A DNA stretch of 64,000 nucleotides, from assembly GCA_024679065.1 (NCBI GenBank), contig JAGIQG010000015.1, positions 38,812,001-38,876,000 on the forward strand, read 5' to 3'. The notes beneath the pieces are model-generated. The model was not told the origin of the DNA, did no database searches, and saw only the letters and a program-made list of their open reading frames with translations. The first letter of the stretch is position 1; each line of letters begins with the position of its first letter. Shown piece by piece: positions 27,236 through 38,913 of this stretch. This DNA comes from Sphyrna mokarran. Lineage: Eukaryota. The translations under genes were made by a program, and so were the position numbers.

Positions 27236-30200
27236 GTGAATATCTTAGCTGGGAGGTTAGCTGGAGTGTTTCGGCAGGATTTAAACTAATATGGAGGGGG
27301 GGAGGGGACGAGACCGATAGCTCGGTAGAGAGCGATATGGGAGATAGAGTAAGTTTGGACAAGAAGAGATGCACCGGGGAGGAGGAGGTTCCGAGTGGGC
27401 TTGGAGGTCTGGAGTGTGTTTCAATGCGAGGAGCGTAACGGGAAAAACGGATGAACTTAGTGCCTTAATGTTTGCGAGGAAATTGGATGTGGTTGCAGTG
27501 ACAGAGACGTGGTTAAAGGAAGGGGAGCAGTGGCAACTGAACATTCCTGGGTATAAGTGTTTCAGGTGTGACAGAGGAAGGTCCAGAAGAGGTGGGAGAG
27601 TGGTGTTGTTAGTTAAGGAGAGCATCACGGCAGTGCAGAAGGAGGACAATACAGAGGAGTTAGGAGTGGAGTCACTGGGTGGAGTTGAGGAATAGAAAGG
27701 GGACAATTACTATGCTAGGGTTGTATTATAGGCCACACAACAGCCCACGGGCAGTTGAAGGCATATTAAAGACATTTTGGATAGGTGCAGAAAGAACAGA
27801 GTCGTTATAGTGGGAGATTTTAATCTCCCTAGGGTGGATTGGAAAGTACCTAGAGCTGGGGGTTTGGTTGGGCAGGAATCTGTAAAATGTGTACTGGAAG
27901 GATCGTTGGAGCAGTATGTGGCAGCCTGACTAGAGAAGGGGCTATATTGGATTTAGTTCTGAGTAATGAGCCAGGGCAGGTGGTTGATGTTGTAGTAGGG
28001 GAACATGTGGCTAACAGTGACCACAATTCTGTCTACTTTAGGATTCAGATGGAAAAGGATGCTTGTTGCCCTAGGGGCAGGGTGCTGAATTGGGGGAAGG
28101 CTAACTACGGTCGAATTAGGCAGGAACTTAGGGAAACTGATTGGGAATGGTTGTTTGAGGGTAAGTCCACGCTAGGCATGTGGGACTCTTTCAAGGGAAT
28201 ACTGAAAATGTTGCAAGATAAGTACGTGCCGGGCAAGAGGAAAGATGGGAAAGGTAGGATTAGAGAGCCGTGGATTACTGGGGACATTGAGGACTTGGTT
28301 AGGAAGAAAAGAGAAGCGTATGATAGGTCGAAGCAGCTGGGAACCGAGACAGCATTGAAGGAATATAGAGAGAGTAGGAGGGAGCTCAAACAGGGAATTA
28401 GAAGGGCAAAAAGGGGGCATGAAATGATTTTGGTGGATAGGATTAAGGAAAACCCAAAGGCTTTTTACTCCTATGTTAGGAATAAAAGGGTGGTTAGAGG
28501 AAAAATCGGACCTCTTAAGGACAGAGGAGGGGAACTGTGCTTAGAGGCCGAGGGAATGGCGGAGATCCTGAATGAATACTTTGCGTCGGTATTCACGAAG
28601 GAGAGGGGCTTGTTGAGGGAAATATCCGTACCGAGGGAGGAAGTGTTAGAGCTTCTAGGTAGCATTAAAACCAATAAATCTCTAGGGCCTGATGGCATTT
28701 ATCCCAGACTGCTTAGAGAGGTGCGAGGTGAAATTGCTGGGCCTCTAACACAAATCTTTGTCTCTTCCTTGGACACAGGTGAGGTCCCAGAGGACTGGAG
28801 AACAGCTCATGTTGTACCATTGTTTAAAAAGAGTCGTAGGGATAACCCTGGAAATTATAGGCCGGTGAGTTTGACATCAGTGGTAGGGAAGTTGTTGGAG
28901 GGGATTCTTAGAGATAGGATGTATAGGCACTTAGAGCGTTGCAATCTGATTAGGAATACGCAGCATGGATTTGTTAAGGGGAGGTCGTGCCTTACAAATC
29001 TGGTAGAATTTTTTGAGGAGGTGACGAAAATGTTGGACGAAGGGCGAGTCATTGATGTCGCCTGTATGGATTTTAGTAAGGCATTTGACAAAGTCCCTCA
29101 TGGGAGATTAGTCGAGAAGGTCAAGGCAAATGGGATACAAGGACAGGTAGCTAGATGGATAAGCAACTGGCTTGGTAATAGAGTAATAGTGGAAGGGTGT
29201 TGCTCTAGCTGGAGGTCGGTCACTAGTGGTGTGCCGCAGGGCTCGGTACTGGGAGCTCTTCTATTTGTAATATATATAAATGACTTGGAAGAGGGAGTAA
29301 GTGGAGTGATCAGCAAGTTTGCAGACGATACAAAGATGGCTGGACTTGCGGATAGTGAGGAGCATTGTCAGGCGATGCAGCAGGACATAGGCTGGTAGCT
29401 TGCGCAGAGAGATGGCAGATGGAATTCAATCCTGATAAATGTGAGGTGATGCATTTCGGGAGAAAGAATGTAGGGGGGAGATGTATGATAAAGGGTAGAC
29501 CTATTAAGAGTATAGAAATGCAGAGGGATCTGGGGGTGCAGGTGAACAAGTCTCTGAAGATGGCAGAGCAAGTGGAGAAGGTTGTGAAGAAAGCATATAG
29601 TATGTTAGCCTTTATAGGAAGGGGTATAGAGTACAAGAGCTGGCTTTTAATGTTGCAGTTGTATAAAACGCTGGTTAGACCTCATTTGGAATACTGTGTC
29701 CAGTTCTGGTCGCCTTACTACCGGGAGGACGTGGAGACTCTGGAGAGAGTGCAGAGGAGGTTTACCAGGATGCTGCCTGGTATGGAAGGTCTGAGTTACG
29801 AGAAGAGATTAGGCAAATTGGGACTGTTTTCCTTAGAAAGACGTAGACTTAGAGGAGATCTGATAGAGGTGTACAAGATTTTGAAGTGGATAGATAGAGT
29901 AAACAGGGCTAAGCTTTTTCCTAGGATGGACTCGAATAGCACAAGGGGTCACGGGCTTAGGGTGAGGGGGGGGGGTAAGGTATAATTTGGATGCTAGAGG
30001 GAGTTTTTTCATAGAGGGTGGTGGGGGTATGGAATGCACTGCCAAGTGAAGTGGTGGAGGCAGGTACTCTGTAGTTATTTAAGAAATACTTAGATGGGCA
30101 CATGAACAGAATGGGAATGGAGGGGTATAGAAAACTGATTTAAAATAGGGATCATGAGCCTTGGGAGTCCCTGGGAAGTGTGTAAATAGATGATGATATT

Positions 30201-30673
30201 GATGTACTTGCTTTTATCCCACAGGTGCTTTGGTCCACCTTGTTGTCTAACAAGGGGCATACACGCGATGGGTCGTGAGGGCTGCTCTTGGACCTTTTTT
30301 GAGAGTATCCTCGTGCTTCACGTCGTTAATGTATGCTTGACCTGGACCATCTGATGGGCAACACGACAGCGCAGTGACTAACGCTGTGCTGTGCAGATAC
30401 ATGGATTTGGGCCTGTGTCTGTGGGAGTTTGCGCATTCTCCCTGTGCTTGCGTGGGTTTTCTCCAGGAGCTCCGGTTTCCTCCCACATCCCAAAGATGTG
30501 CTCTTAGGCTGATTGGCAAAACAAATTCTCCCTAAATTGTCTCAAATTTGGTTTTTAATCCATAGATCTATAAACATGGACAGGGATCGTGTATAGAAGT
30601 GGGAACATTGAGGTGGCGGCGCGGGCACGTTGAGCCGAAGGGCCTGTTTCCCATGCTGTTTTGTTCTTTGTTC
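27236..30673 (+). mobile_element. Young CR1-clade LINE (copy 3, longest): ORF1 C-terminus, ORF2 (EN+RT) with few frameshifts, ~530-nt structured 3' UTR with V-SINE domain
   Basis: ORF1 end NILAGRLAGVFRQDLN* (stop 27287-27289); FNARS, VTETWL, VGDFN, SDHN; 503-aa ORF 27887..29398 with QHGF..GRSCLTNL, GVPQGSVLG, KFADDTK; ORF2 ends near 30142 (EGYRKLI*); tail (ttgttct)n. Confidence 0.95.
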
Positions 30674-31864
30674 ACACGAAGCTGTTCTCATGCTGGCCAG
30701 CATGTCTGATCACATCTTTAGGAACTTGAGCACATTCTGATATGCAAAATGCCTAAAACTTCATATTTAACAGAACCTTTGGCATCCTTGGGAGCTTCCA
30801 AAGTTATTGACGTCTAGTAACTGTTGCTTCGCAAGCAAATGCGGCAGCCAATTTGCGCATGGCAAGATCTCGAGGTAACGCGGTAAGCCATCTAAATGCG
30901 TAGGTTGATGCCCTAATGTATACACCATCCTGGCTGCCCTTTATTCCCTCACACCCTACACTTTGGAAGATTCCCTGGATATCTCAAGTTGCTTTTAGTT
31001 GGTTCTTGCAGTTTCCATTGAGTTTTAGGAAAATAATTACAAGTTTTAGCTCTTAAGTATTTAGTAATTATCTATATCACATCTAATTGATATCTGGTGT
31101 GCAAACCTGGTGAGTACTGACTCTACTAAAACTCCAGGATATTAAGTGTTTGTGGCAAATTTTAAGATGCCCTTTCCGGGGAAGTTTGTCCTTAAGTCTT
31201 AAGCAAGGAATCCTGAGATTCTTGGGTTTTTGTCTAGCTCTAGGTAATTCAACTAATTTCCCAAAAGTGTAAGCCCGATTCAGATGCTCCCCACCCCCAT
31301 TCAACCATAGCTTTGACAACCAGTCACATTGTGAGGATGTGATATGTGATTAGTGGATCTCCAGTGCATTTTTTCATCCCAGCAACTGCCAAAGATATTT
31401 GGGCAATTAAAAAATTTGCACGGTATATTGTTGAAACCTAGCTATGTAAATCAAAGTATTCAGCAGATGTTTATCTGCATCTGCTTTTTTACTTTGGGGT
31501 TATAACCACTTTATTTACTGCCCTTCCCAAAACTCCCAAGTTTCTCTTTTTCCTCCTGTGCTTTTTACTGAGGGACGACTGATTTCAATCTCCATCTCAA
31601 GTCTCCTTTCTCTTCGAATTCATACCCTCCTTTTTACTAACCTGACTTTCTTTTGTGTCTGCTCCCAAGGAGAAAACAATCTTCAATTTCCTCACGCAAA
31701 CTCTCAATTGCCTCGGCTTTCACCTTCCATAAACAACAATAATAATGCAGTTGATACTGTCACAATGAAACCTTCATCCACTTCCACTGTAGCAATTGTT
31801 CCCATCTTTGCTCCCTCAGCTTCAAGGGTGCAGCGTAACTGACCCAAAAAGGATTGATTTGGCT

Positions 31865-32525
31865 TTTTTACGTTCTTTCACGGGATGCGGATGTCACCGG
31901 CTAGACCAGCATTTATGACCCATCCCTCATCTCCCTCGGGAAAATGGTGGAGCACTGTCATCTTGAACCATTACAATCCATATAGAATAAATGGATTCAG
32001 CAGTTCCAGGATCTTACTCTGGCAAAGTGAAGGAATGGCAATATAGTTCCAGATCAGGATGGTATGTAACTGGGAGGGGAACTTCTAGTATGGTGTTCCT
32101 ATGCTTCTGCAGACATTGTCCTCAGTGGTCAAGGCCCTTGGGTCAGGAGGTGCAGTTGAAGAAGTTTTGGTGAGTTGCTGCAATGCATCTTGCAGATGGT
32201 GCACACTGTTGGGGGGGGCGGGTGGAGGGTGGGGAAGAAAGAGGGATGTTTCAGGTGGTGGATAGAATACCAATCAAGTGTGCTGCTTTTGCCCTGGATG
32301 GAGTCAATCTTGTGTTGTACCTGCACTCATCCAGACTTAAATGGTGGACAGGGCTTTTGGGTGTCAGGAAGTGAGTTATTCATCTCAGAATTCACAACCT
32401 CCAACCTATTTTGTAAGCCTTAGTATTTTTATAGCTGATTCAGTTAGTTACTGGTCAATAGGAACCCCCATGATGAAGATTATGGGGATTCAGTGATATT
32501 AATGCCAGTGAAAGTTATCAGCTGC
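31865..32525 (-). mobile_element. Old LINE 3' fragment (CR1/L2-like)
   Basis: Minus-strand tail gggatgggtcataaatgctggtctagccggtgacatccgcatccc; upstream reads VCTICKMHCSNSPKLL. Confidence 0.55.
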
Positions 32526-32699
32526 CATGAGTCAAAGTCAGAGGATTACAGTATGGAAACAGGCCTTTGTCCCAACTTGTCCATGTTGCTCCTTTTTGTT
32601 AACCCTTAAGCTAGTTCCAGCTGCCTGCATTTGGCCCATTTCCCTCTATACCCATCTTATCCACATAACCATGTACAATAAACGCTTTATAAATTTTAC

Positions 32700-33620
32700 T
32701 GGACCACATCAAGCACATCTAGGTCCTCATTCCAGAAATATGGAGAGCAAAAATAATGCCCACTTTATTTCATCCACTTGCCAGTTGCCTCCACCTTCAC
32801 TCTCAACAATGATTACAGAAAGCTCATGGGCATCTTTGTCAGTAAAATCAAAACTGTTCCATTACCTTTGTTTCCACTCTCCTTGCCTTTGTATTGTGCA
32901 CAAATTTAACCCTCCCTCAGACTCTCCCCACCACTAACTTGGATTTGATCTTCTTCATTAGCTTTTCTCTTGGTTCCTTCATTTTCCCTCTAAGCTCTCA
33001 TTTGACTATGAGGCTTCTTGATTCTATTCTGATTAAATTGCTGAATACATACCTTCCTTCTGACAATTAAAATGGTTTCCTCATAACTAACATTATCACC
33101 TTCCTGTTTAAAAACTGCCATCATAAAACTTCCTTAAAAATAATCTTTTCAATGTATTGTTCTATCTTCAATCTCACTATCTCCTCCAAGCTATTGAACA
33201 TCATCTCCCAAATCCATGTTTCTGTTTCCCACAAACCCAAGCTTGAATCCCTCCAATTAAATTTCTGCTGTCCCTCTGTCACTGACAGGACAAAGTCACA
33301 GATTACATCTTTTGACCGTGGTGCATTTTCTTTCCTTGTCCTGTCTGCAACTTTGACAGAATTGGCTTCTTCAAAGTTCCTCCCTCTGTTGTCAAGTAGA
33401 AATGCCCTATTCTGATTCCATTCCATTCCATTCCTGCCAATCAAATGACAACTACTACAAAAATGATAAATTTTCCCACTGTCCAGCAACCCACAAAGAT
33501 TCATCTTTGGCTCTTTATTCAACTTGCTGTTCATTGGTAACATGATTATTAAGATGTTAGATCATCTTCCACATGTATACTGGTGACACTTGGTTCTATC
33601 TTTCCACCATAGGGTATTTA
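32700..33620 (+). mobile_element. Ancient L2-like RT fragment
   Basis: ORF 33152..33415 reads NLTISSKLL, LESLQLNF, LVLSATL, decayed versions of the L2 ISNL..LSKILE, QSGFR and LDLSAAFD motifs. Confidence 0.5.
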
Positions 33621-35105
33621 TCCTTCTGATTACGTTACTAGACTAGTAATCCAACAGGCCTAGACTAATCCCCCAGTGATATGAATTTGAATTCTGTCAC
33701 AGTAGCTGGGGAATTCAAATTCAATTAATTAATATAATCTTAAAGCTAGTGATGGTAATCACAAAACTAGCAAATTTTTCCCTATTTCCCCCAGTCTAAT
33801 GAAAACTAGTGGTGATTCTTTTACTGGGAACACTTCTATACGTTGTGATCATTTGAAATAACATACATTATAACATTCTAAGCCCCTAGAAACTAGAGTT
33901 TGTGTGAGATCTGATTGCAGCTTTGATTATTCTGTGCTCTGATAAAAATCACTTTTTCTTTAATATTTAAAAATGTATGCAACAGTATACAATGTTTGAA
34001 ATAGTAGGAAGAATAAGTGGCACAGGGATGTCAGGTTGAGATATTTGGGTATATCTCAAATTTGGATAGGGGTTACAGTTTGATCTTTTAAATCAATGTG
34101 TTCATGAGATTATATGCAGCTAATGCAATCAAAATAAGTTATTTGTTAACAATGAAACGTTACTAATTAACCAAACACAACATTGAACAATTTTGTTTAT
34201 AAACCACTTTAAACTGAGAATAATCAACTGATGCAACCAAGCCATTCCATTTGTTTTGAAAATCATTGGTTTCTAGAGCTTCACACTCATGCAGGCATTA
34301 CCTGGTTTATTTGTAATCTTATGGGTTAGTAATGTCTGAATTGTTGAGAGTTCAGTAAGTCAAATTTAATTTTGAGAATGGAGCCTAGCCTAACTTAAGA
34401 TCTTACTCATAAGAATCAGAAAAACATTATTAATGTGGGACAATATGAAATGGTTTATTTTTCCACATAAAGGTAAGTGAAAGAATCTTGACTATAATAT
34501 ACTGATGTAAAATTAGTATTAATTACTAAATGATCTAATTTTAATGTATTTCAAAGCCATTTATTGAACTATTGGTGGAATGCATCTGTAAAAGATCTTA
34601 GTGTTACATTATTTAATAAGTAGTCAGTTGGTCATACAGAACTTGAGTATTGCTGAAAAAGAGACCTATTGAAGTTTTGTCTTGTACTCATCAGGGTGTT
34701 TTGCAAGAATACCAATGTAAGGGGAAAACAACAATTTTGTACTATGAATGCTGAATGGTTTGGAAGTAGACTCTGGTAGTGGCATTGCCACAGAGAATGC
34801 ACCAAGTGATGGTGACTGGCACTCTTTCTCGTGTCCAACATTAAAACTGATTCTGCAATTCAACATTTATTAAATAATGGGTGCACTAATTATGCTGACA
34901 ACCAAATTAAGATTGTCAGTGTGTTGGGGGTGGGGTAGGGGGAGAACAGTGTGGTGCATTTGCATGTACGAAAGACAAAACATATACACATGGCATCTAT
35001 TTCAGGTAAACAAAATAAGTAACAGCCATTTGCTGATTCAATGCCCAGGGCAATGCTTTGAGACAAGTGCCTGGTTTGAATTTTGAATAGTACTTGGCAG
35101 TTAAC

Positions 35106-35321
35106 TGTTATTTTTGGGGCTGTTATTATGTTGTACTGTCACTTTAAGAGTCTAGTTAAGTGCATAGTTTGTGACATCTTTGGCTGCTTTGCAGGCTTTT
35201 GCCTAATCTGGAATAAGCCTTTAGAGTTAATAGCTTAGTAATAAACCTACATTGTTGTTTTCACCCAGCTCCACATGCTATTGCTTTATTTCCTTTTAAC
35301 CAACAAGTGCAGTATATAACA
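35106..35321 (+). repeat. 5' LTR of Gypsy element
   Basis: TG...CA; aligns with 42582..42779 (aataaacc..ttgttttcaccc..tgcagtatat). Confidence 0.72.
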
Positions 35322-35333
35322 GGATAAAAATAC

Positions 35334-35345
35334 TGGCAACGAGGA
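35334..35345 (+). other. Primer binding site (tRNA-Ser(GCT)-like)
   Basis: tggcaacgagga, one mismatch from TGGCGACGAGGA (complement of the tRNA-Ser(GCT) 3' end), 12 nt after the 5' LTR. Confidence 0.6.
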
Positions 35346-35631
35346 ACAGATAAAATTCTTTGAGTAAATGAAGAAAAAGGAAATTGGAGCTGCACTTACC
35401 AACTGGAAACTTTGATACTTTTGATGTTAGGGCAGAATCAATAGCAGGTCAGTGATCGAACCTGGCAATGGACCGGTCCAAAAGAAAGAGGTCCAAATTA
35501 AAATTGCCACCCCAAAGAATTCAGGCTGCAGAGCTTTCCACAGGCACAGTTGTATGAGGTGTGGAGGTAAAATGAAAGAAATTTTGTACATTGCTTTAAA
35601 TCTAAGAAAAACTGCAATAGTTGTCTCATCA

Positions 35632-36258
35632 TGGTGGAGGCAGGTACTCTGGAGTTATTTAAGAAATACTTAGATGGGCGCATGAACAGAATGGGAATGG
35701 AGGGGTATAGAAAACTGATTTAAAATAGGGATCATGAGCCTTGGGAGTCCCTGGGAAGTGTGTAAATAGATGATTATATTGATGTACTTGTTTTTATCCT
35801 ACAGGTGCTTTGGTCCACCTTGTTGTCTAACGAGGGGCATACACGCGATGGGTCGTGAGAGGACTGCTCTTGGATTTTTTTCGAGAGTATCCTATTGCTT
35901 CACGTCGTTAGTGTACGCTTGACCTGGACCATTTGATGGGCAACATGACAGCTCAGTGACTATCGCTGTGCTGTGCAGATACATGGATTTGGGCCTGTGT
36001 CTGTGGGAGTTTGCGCATTCTCCCCGTGCTTGCGTGGTTTTCTCCGGGTGCTCCGGTTTCCTCCCACATCCCAAAGATGTGCTCTTAGGCTGATTGGCAA
36101 AACAAATTCTCCCTAAATTGTCTCAAATTTGGTTTTTAATCCATAGATCTATAAACATGGACAGGGATCGCAGGTCGAGGTGGGAACATCGGGGTGGCGG
36201 CGTGGGCTCGTTGGGCCGAAGGGCCTGTTTCCCGTGCTGTTTTGTTCTTTGTTCTTTG
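35632..36258 (+). mobile_element. V-domain-carrying CR1-like LINE 3' fragment (copy 4)
   Basis: Near-identical to 30052..30673. Confidence 0.92.
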
Positions 36259-37142
36259 ATCTACAAAATAAGCTAGACCATTGTGTATAAGGGAAGCTAC
36301 TGAAGGAATGTTGCTGAGTACTCTTGCAAAATGACAGGGAAATGGATACCACTGGGCAGTTTGAGGACTGGAAGTATAGTACAGAAAGATTTCAGTAGTA
36401 TTCTAGCAAACAAGGTTCCTGAGTATATAGCAATCCCTGCATTTTTCAGTACCATTGACTGACAGTAAAACTTTAGATGTACTTCGGAATCTGGTCCAGC
36501 CTGAAAAACCTAGTAGCAAAACATATCAGGAATTAACCAAGATGTTAGAGAGCCACTATTCACTCAAACCATTAAAAGTAGCAGAGCATCTTCAGTTTCA
36601 TATCAGTAATCAGCTTGAAGAAGAAAATATGGTGAGCCCAAAGTGCCTCTCAGAGCATTGTTATTTTGGTGGTTCTGCATGATACAATCTGGTTTGTAGA
36701 TTGAAAAATGAGGCTACACAGCAGAGATTGCTAACTGATAACTAATTTGGGTCTGAAAAGTGCTATGGAGATAGTCATTTCAATGGAACTTGCTACTCAG
36801 GAGGTTTCTCCTTTTGGAACAAGCACTGACCAGAGAAAAGCTACTCAGCAATTGGTGTGTCATTGCTCTGCAAAAATGAGCCATGCACAGGCTGACTGCT
36901 GGAACAAGAATCATGGCAAAATTGGTCAACATAGAACAAACATACTGGCAGAAATGAGCTTCCACAGAAAGGATTGTCCACAGAAGGACACATCTTAAAG
37001 AATTTTACAAAGAAAATAAAATTAATTTTGCAAATAAGATTTACAATCAGTAACAAAGCACATTAATCTGATCTAAATATACGTTCAGTTCAAGGTGAAT
37101 TGCATCTGTTTTGGGTGGTTCCAAAATTAAATGGACAGCTTA

Positions 37143-38418
37143 TGGAATTTTATCCTAATAAAAGCGATGTAATGCATTTTGGAAGAAATAATGTAGGGGG
37201 AGTTATATGATAAAGAGTAGACCTATTCAGAGCATAGAAATGCAGAGGGACCTCGGGGTGCAAATGCACAAGTCTTTGAAGGTGGCAGTACAGGTAGAGA
37301 AGGTTGCGAAGAAAGTTTATAGTATGCTAGCCTTTATAGGAAGGGGTATAGAGTACAAGAGCTGGCGTTTAATCTTGCAGTTGTATAGAATGCTGGTTAG
37401 ACCTCACTTAGAATACTGTGTCCAGTTCTGGTCACCTTACTACCGGAAGGACATGGAAACCCTGGAGAGGTTGCAGAGGAGGATGCTGCCTGGTATGGAA
37501 GGTCTGGGTTACAGGGAAAGATTGGGTAAATTGGGGCTGTTTTCTTTAGAAAGACGGAGAATGAAGAGAAATCTAATTAAGGTGTATAAGATTATGAAGG
37601 GTATAGATAAACAGTGGTAAGCTTTTTCCTAGATTGGAAACAAATATTTCAAGGGGCTACAGGCTTAGGGTGAGGGGCAGGGTGAGGTATAATTGGAGAT
37701 TTTTCATACAAAGGGTTGTGGGGGTATCAAATGCATTGTCAAGTAAGGTGGTGGAGTCGGGCATGCTAGAGTTATTTAAGGGATACTTAGGCGCATGAGC
37801 AGAATGGAGATGGAGGGATATAGGAGACTGTTTGTTTTAAATAGAGATCAAGAGCCTTGGGATGTTCCTGGGAATCAATTGATTCTTATGGACCTTCCAA
37901 CATATTTTCTGGCTCATTTGTTTTATTTTTGAGCTTCTGGGGATTCCCTTGAATGTTTGCATAAGATGTGCTTCGGTCTGCCTTGTTGCTCAACAAGGGG
38001 CATACATGCGCTGGGTCGTGAGAGGGTTGCTCTTGGATTTTTCAAGAATAGCCTAGTGTTCACATCGTTAGTGATGCTTAAACTGGACCAGTTGACGGGC
38101 AACACAACAGCTCAGTGACTATCGCTGTTTGCTGTGCAGATACATGGATTTGGGCCAGTATCTGTGGGAGTTTGTGCGTTCTCCCGTGATTGCACGAATT
38201 TTCTCCAGGTGCTCCGGTTTCCTCCCACAACCCCAAAGATGTGTTCTTAGGCTGATTGAGGGAAGACAATTTGTTAATCAATCTGGTTTTCAATGTGGAT
38301 TTCCATAAGCATAGACAAAGGTCATGGGTGGAAGAGGGAACTCACACTGTTAAAATGGCAGCACGGGCTCGTTGGGCCGAAGGGCCTGTTTCCCGTGCTG
38401 TGTTGTTCTTTGTTCTTT
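37143..38418 (+). mobile_element. V-domain-carrying CR1-like LINE, subfamily B (copy 5)
   Basis: ORF 37207..37620 is the CR1 ORF2 C-terminus; different UTR spacer but the same structured module, V-domain and (ttgttct)n tail. Splits the Gypsy protease region. Confidence 0.9.
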
Positions 38419-38913
38419 AGCTTAACAGAATGAAAGTTAACATAGGGGCTGCCATCTCCCTAATTTCTGAGATCACCTCAAAGCAAGAATTGAATTGTCT
38501 ATCAAAGCCAGCAGATGTCAATCTGAGGATCTACACTAAGAAAATCGTGCCTGAGAGGAGATATTGTAGTCAAAGTAGAATTAAGTGGGCAAATGGTAGA
38601 GTTGCAACTTCGTGTTGTCAGAGGAAGTTTTCCAGCTTGCTTTGGCTGGAGAAGATAAAGTTGAACTGTGCTGTGGTCAGTTCAGTTGATCTTTAGAACA
38701 TCTTGGAGAAATAGAGTAGGGTATTTGAGATGATCCTAAGATCCATGAAAGATGTACAGGCAGCAATTAGACTGACTTTTGTTTGATCTTAAATATCTCA
38801 ATGAAAGAATAGTATCCTACATCAAATGTCCAAAGGTAGAAACTCAATTAATGAGACCGGTAGACACATCCAAATGATGATCAATCCAATTCTGTGTGCA
38901 GATAGTATTGTTA

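Noticed and set aside
30310-30360. Hammerhead-like words in the UTR module (ctgatgg; antisense ctaatgacgtgaag)
   Set aside because: No CUGANGA...GAAA core with correct stems in any copy.
30247-30519. Recurrent antisense ORF (WDVGGNRS..RKPTQA.GECANSHR) in several LINE UTR copies
   Set aside because: Recurs only because the DNA is repeated; frame and stops are not preserved between subfamilies.
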